From NCBI GenBank assembly GCA_964529295.1, contig CAZGUR010000003.1, positions 1 to 44,517 of the forward strand: 44,517 bases of DNA. The letters run 5' to 3'. Positions 44,264 through 44,517 of this stretch are shown here, in pieces (positions within the stretch are counted from its first letter, which is position 1; each line of letters starts with the position of its first letter). A model generated the notes under the pieces. It worked only from the letters and a program-made list of their open reading frames with translations, was not told where the DNA came from and searched no databases. A program made the position numbers and the translations under genes. The DNA is from an uncultured Rikenellaceae bacterium. GTDB lineage: Bacteria; Bacteroidota; Bacteroidia; Bacteroidales; VadinHA17.

Positions 44264-44517
44264 TTATTCCTGTTTTGCAGCCATCTCCATTACCATCTGC
44301 TGCAGCAGGGTGATCTGTGCTTGAAGGTCAGTGACTTCCTGTTCAAGCTCATGGATACGGCTATGGTTGTTTTTAATATTTTCATTTGAATAAAGTACGA
44401 TCTTCTCATAATTAATACCTTCAGGCCTTCCCTCATCATCATACCATACCAGTTTCACTAAGCCTGCCTGATCAAAATCTTCAGCTATATAACCAATTTC
44501 CCATCTGTCAGGATTCT
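44264..44517 (-). CDS. C-terminal fragment of a second S74-domain tail-fibre-like protein (5' end beyond window)
   Basis: The frame is open to the window edge: NPDRWEIGYIAEDFDQAGLVKLVWYDDEGRPEGINYEKIV...DLQAQITLLQQMVMEMAAKQE. The last ~20 codons are nearly identical to the end of 41665..44097. Confidence 0.75.
   Translation of the reverse strand, partial: NPDRWEIGYIAEDFDQAGLVKLVWYDDEGRPEGINYEKIVLYSNENIKNNHSRIHELEQEVTDLQAQITLLQQMVMEMAAKQE

Noticed and set aside
41665-44517. Prophage remnant interpretation of the S74 tail-fibre genes
   Set aside because: No other phage genes lie within the window. The complete copy has a Sec signal peptide, and the flanks are chromosomal (crcB operon).

Overview
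The window reads as an ordinary chromosomal segment of a Bacteroidota-type genome. Supporting signs are TAnnTTTG-type -7 boxes upstream of several genes, LytS/LytTR and ECF-sigma modules, beta-barrel OMP genes and a PPi-type phosphofructokinase. I can support about 38 protein-coding genes (one truncated at the right edge) and one fluoride riboswitch. I found no rRNA, tRNA, CRISPR array, transposase, integrase or recognisable phage or defence hallmark genes. Housekeeping content includes tag, pepE, rsgA, selU, crcB, an M1 aminopeptidase, a U32 peptidase, an amidase, PFK, a ThiF/MoeB-like E1, an AsmA-like protein and a YfcH-like epimerase. The least ordinary parts are listed below.
- (a) 2.9-9.3 kb: a TetR-led operon with a LolA-like protein, two FtsX/MacB-type permeases, an ABC ATPase and a dedicated beta-barrel, but no membrane-fusion protein. 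A 72-bp tandem duplication sits inside the operon.
- (b) 13.6-24.2 kb: a signalling-dense stretch.
  - A LytS-type kinase with an FG-GAP-like sensor, paired with a LuxR-output regulator.
  - A 555-bp ORF-free structured gap.
  - A polytopic membrane protein fused to a THEP1-like P-loop NTPase.
  - A 5 x 29-bp tandem array upstream of a secreted-protein/LytS/LytTR operon.
  - An ECF sigma/anti-sigma/OMP triad.
- (c) A GH16-fold protein whose catalytic ExDxxE motif reads HIDVCR.
- (d) Tandem signal-peptide-bearing 'tail-fibre' paralogs with Peptidase_S74 C-termini, in a non-phage context.
None of these is a demonstrably new system from sequence alone. All functional calls are motif-level recognition done by eye, without database searches.
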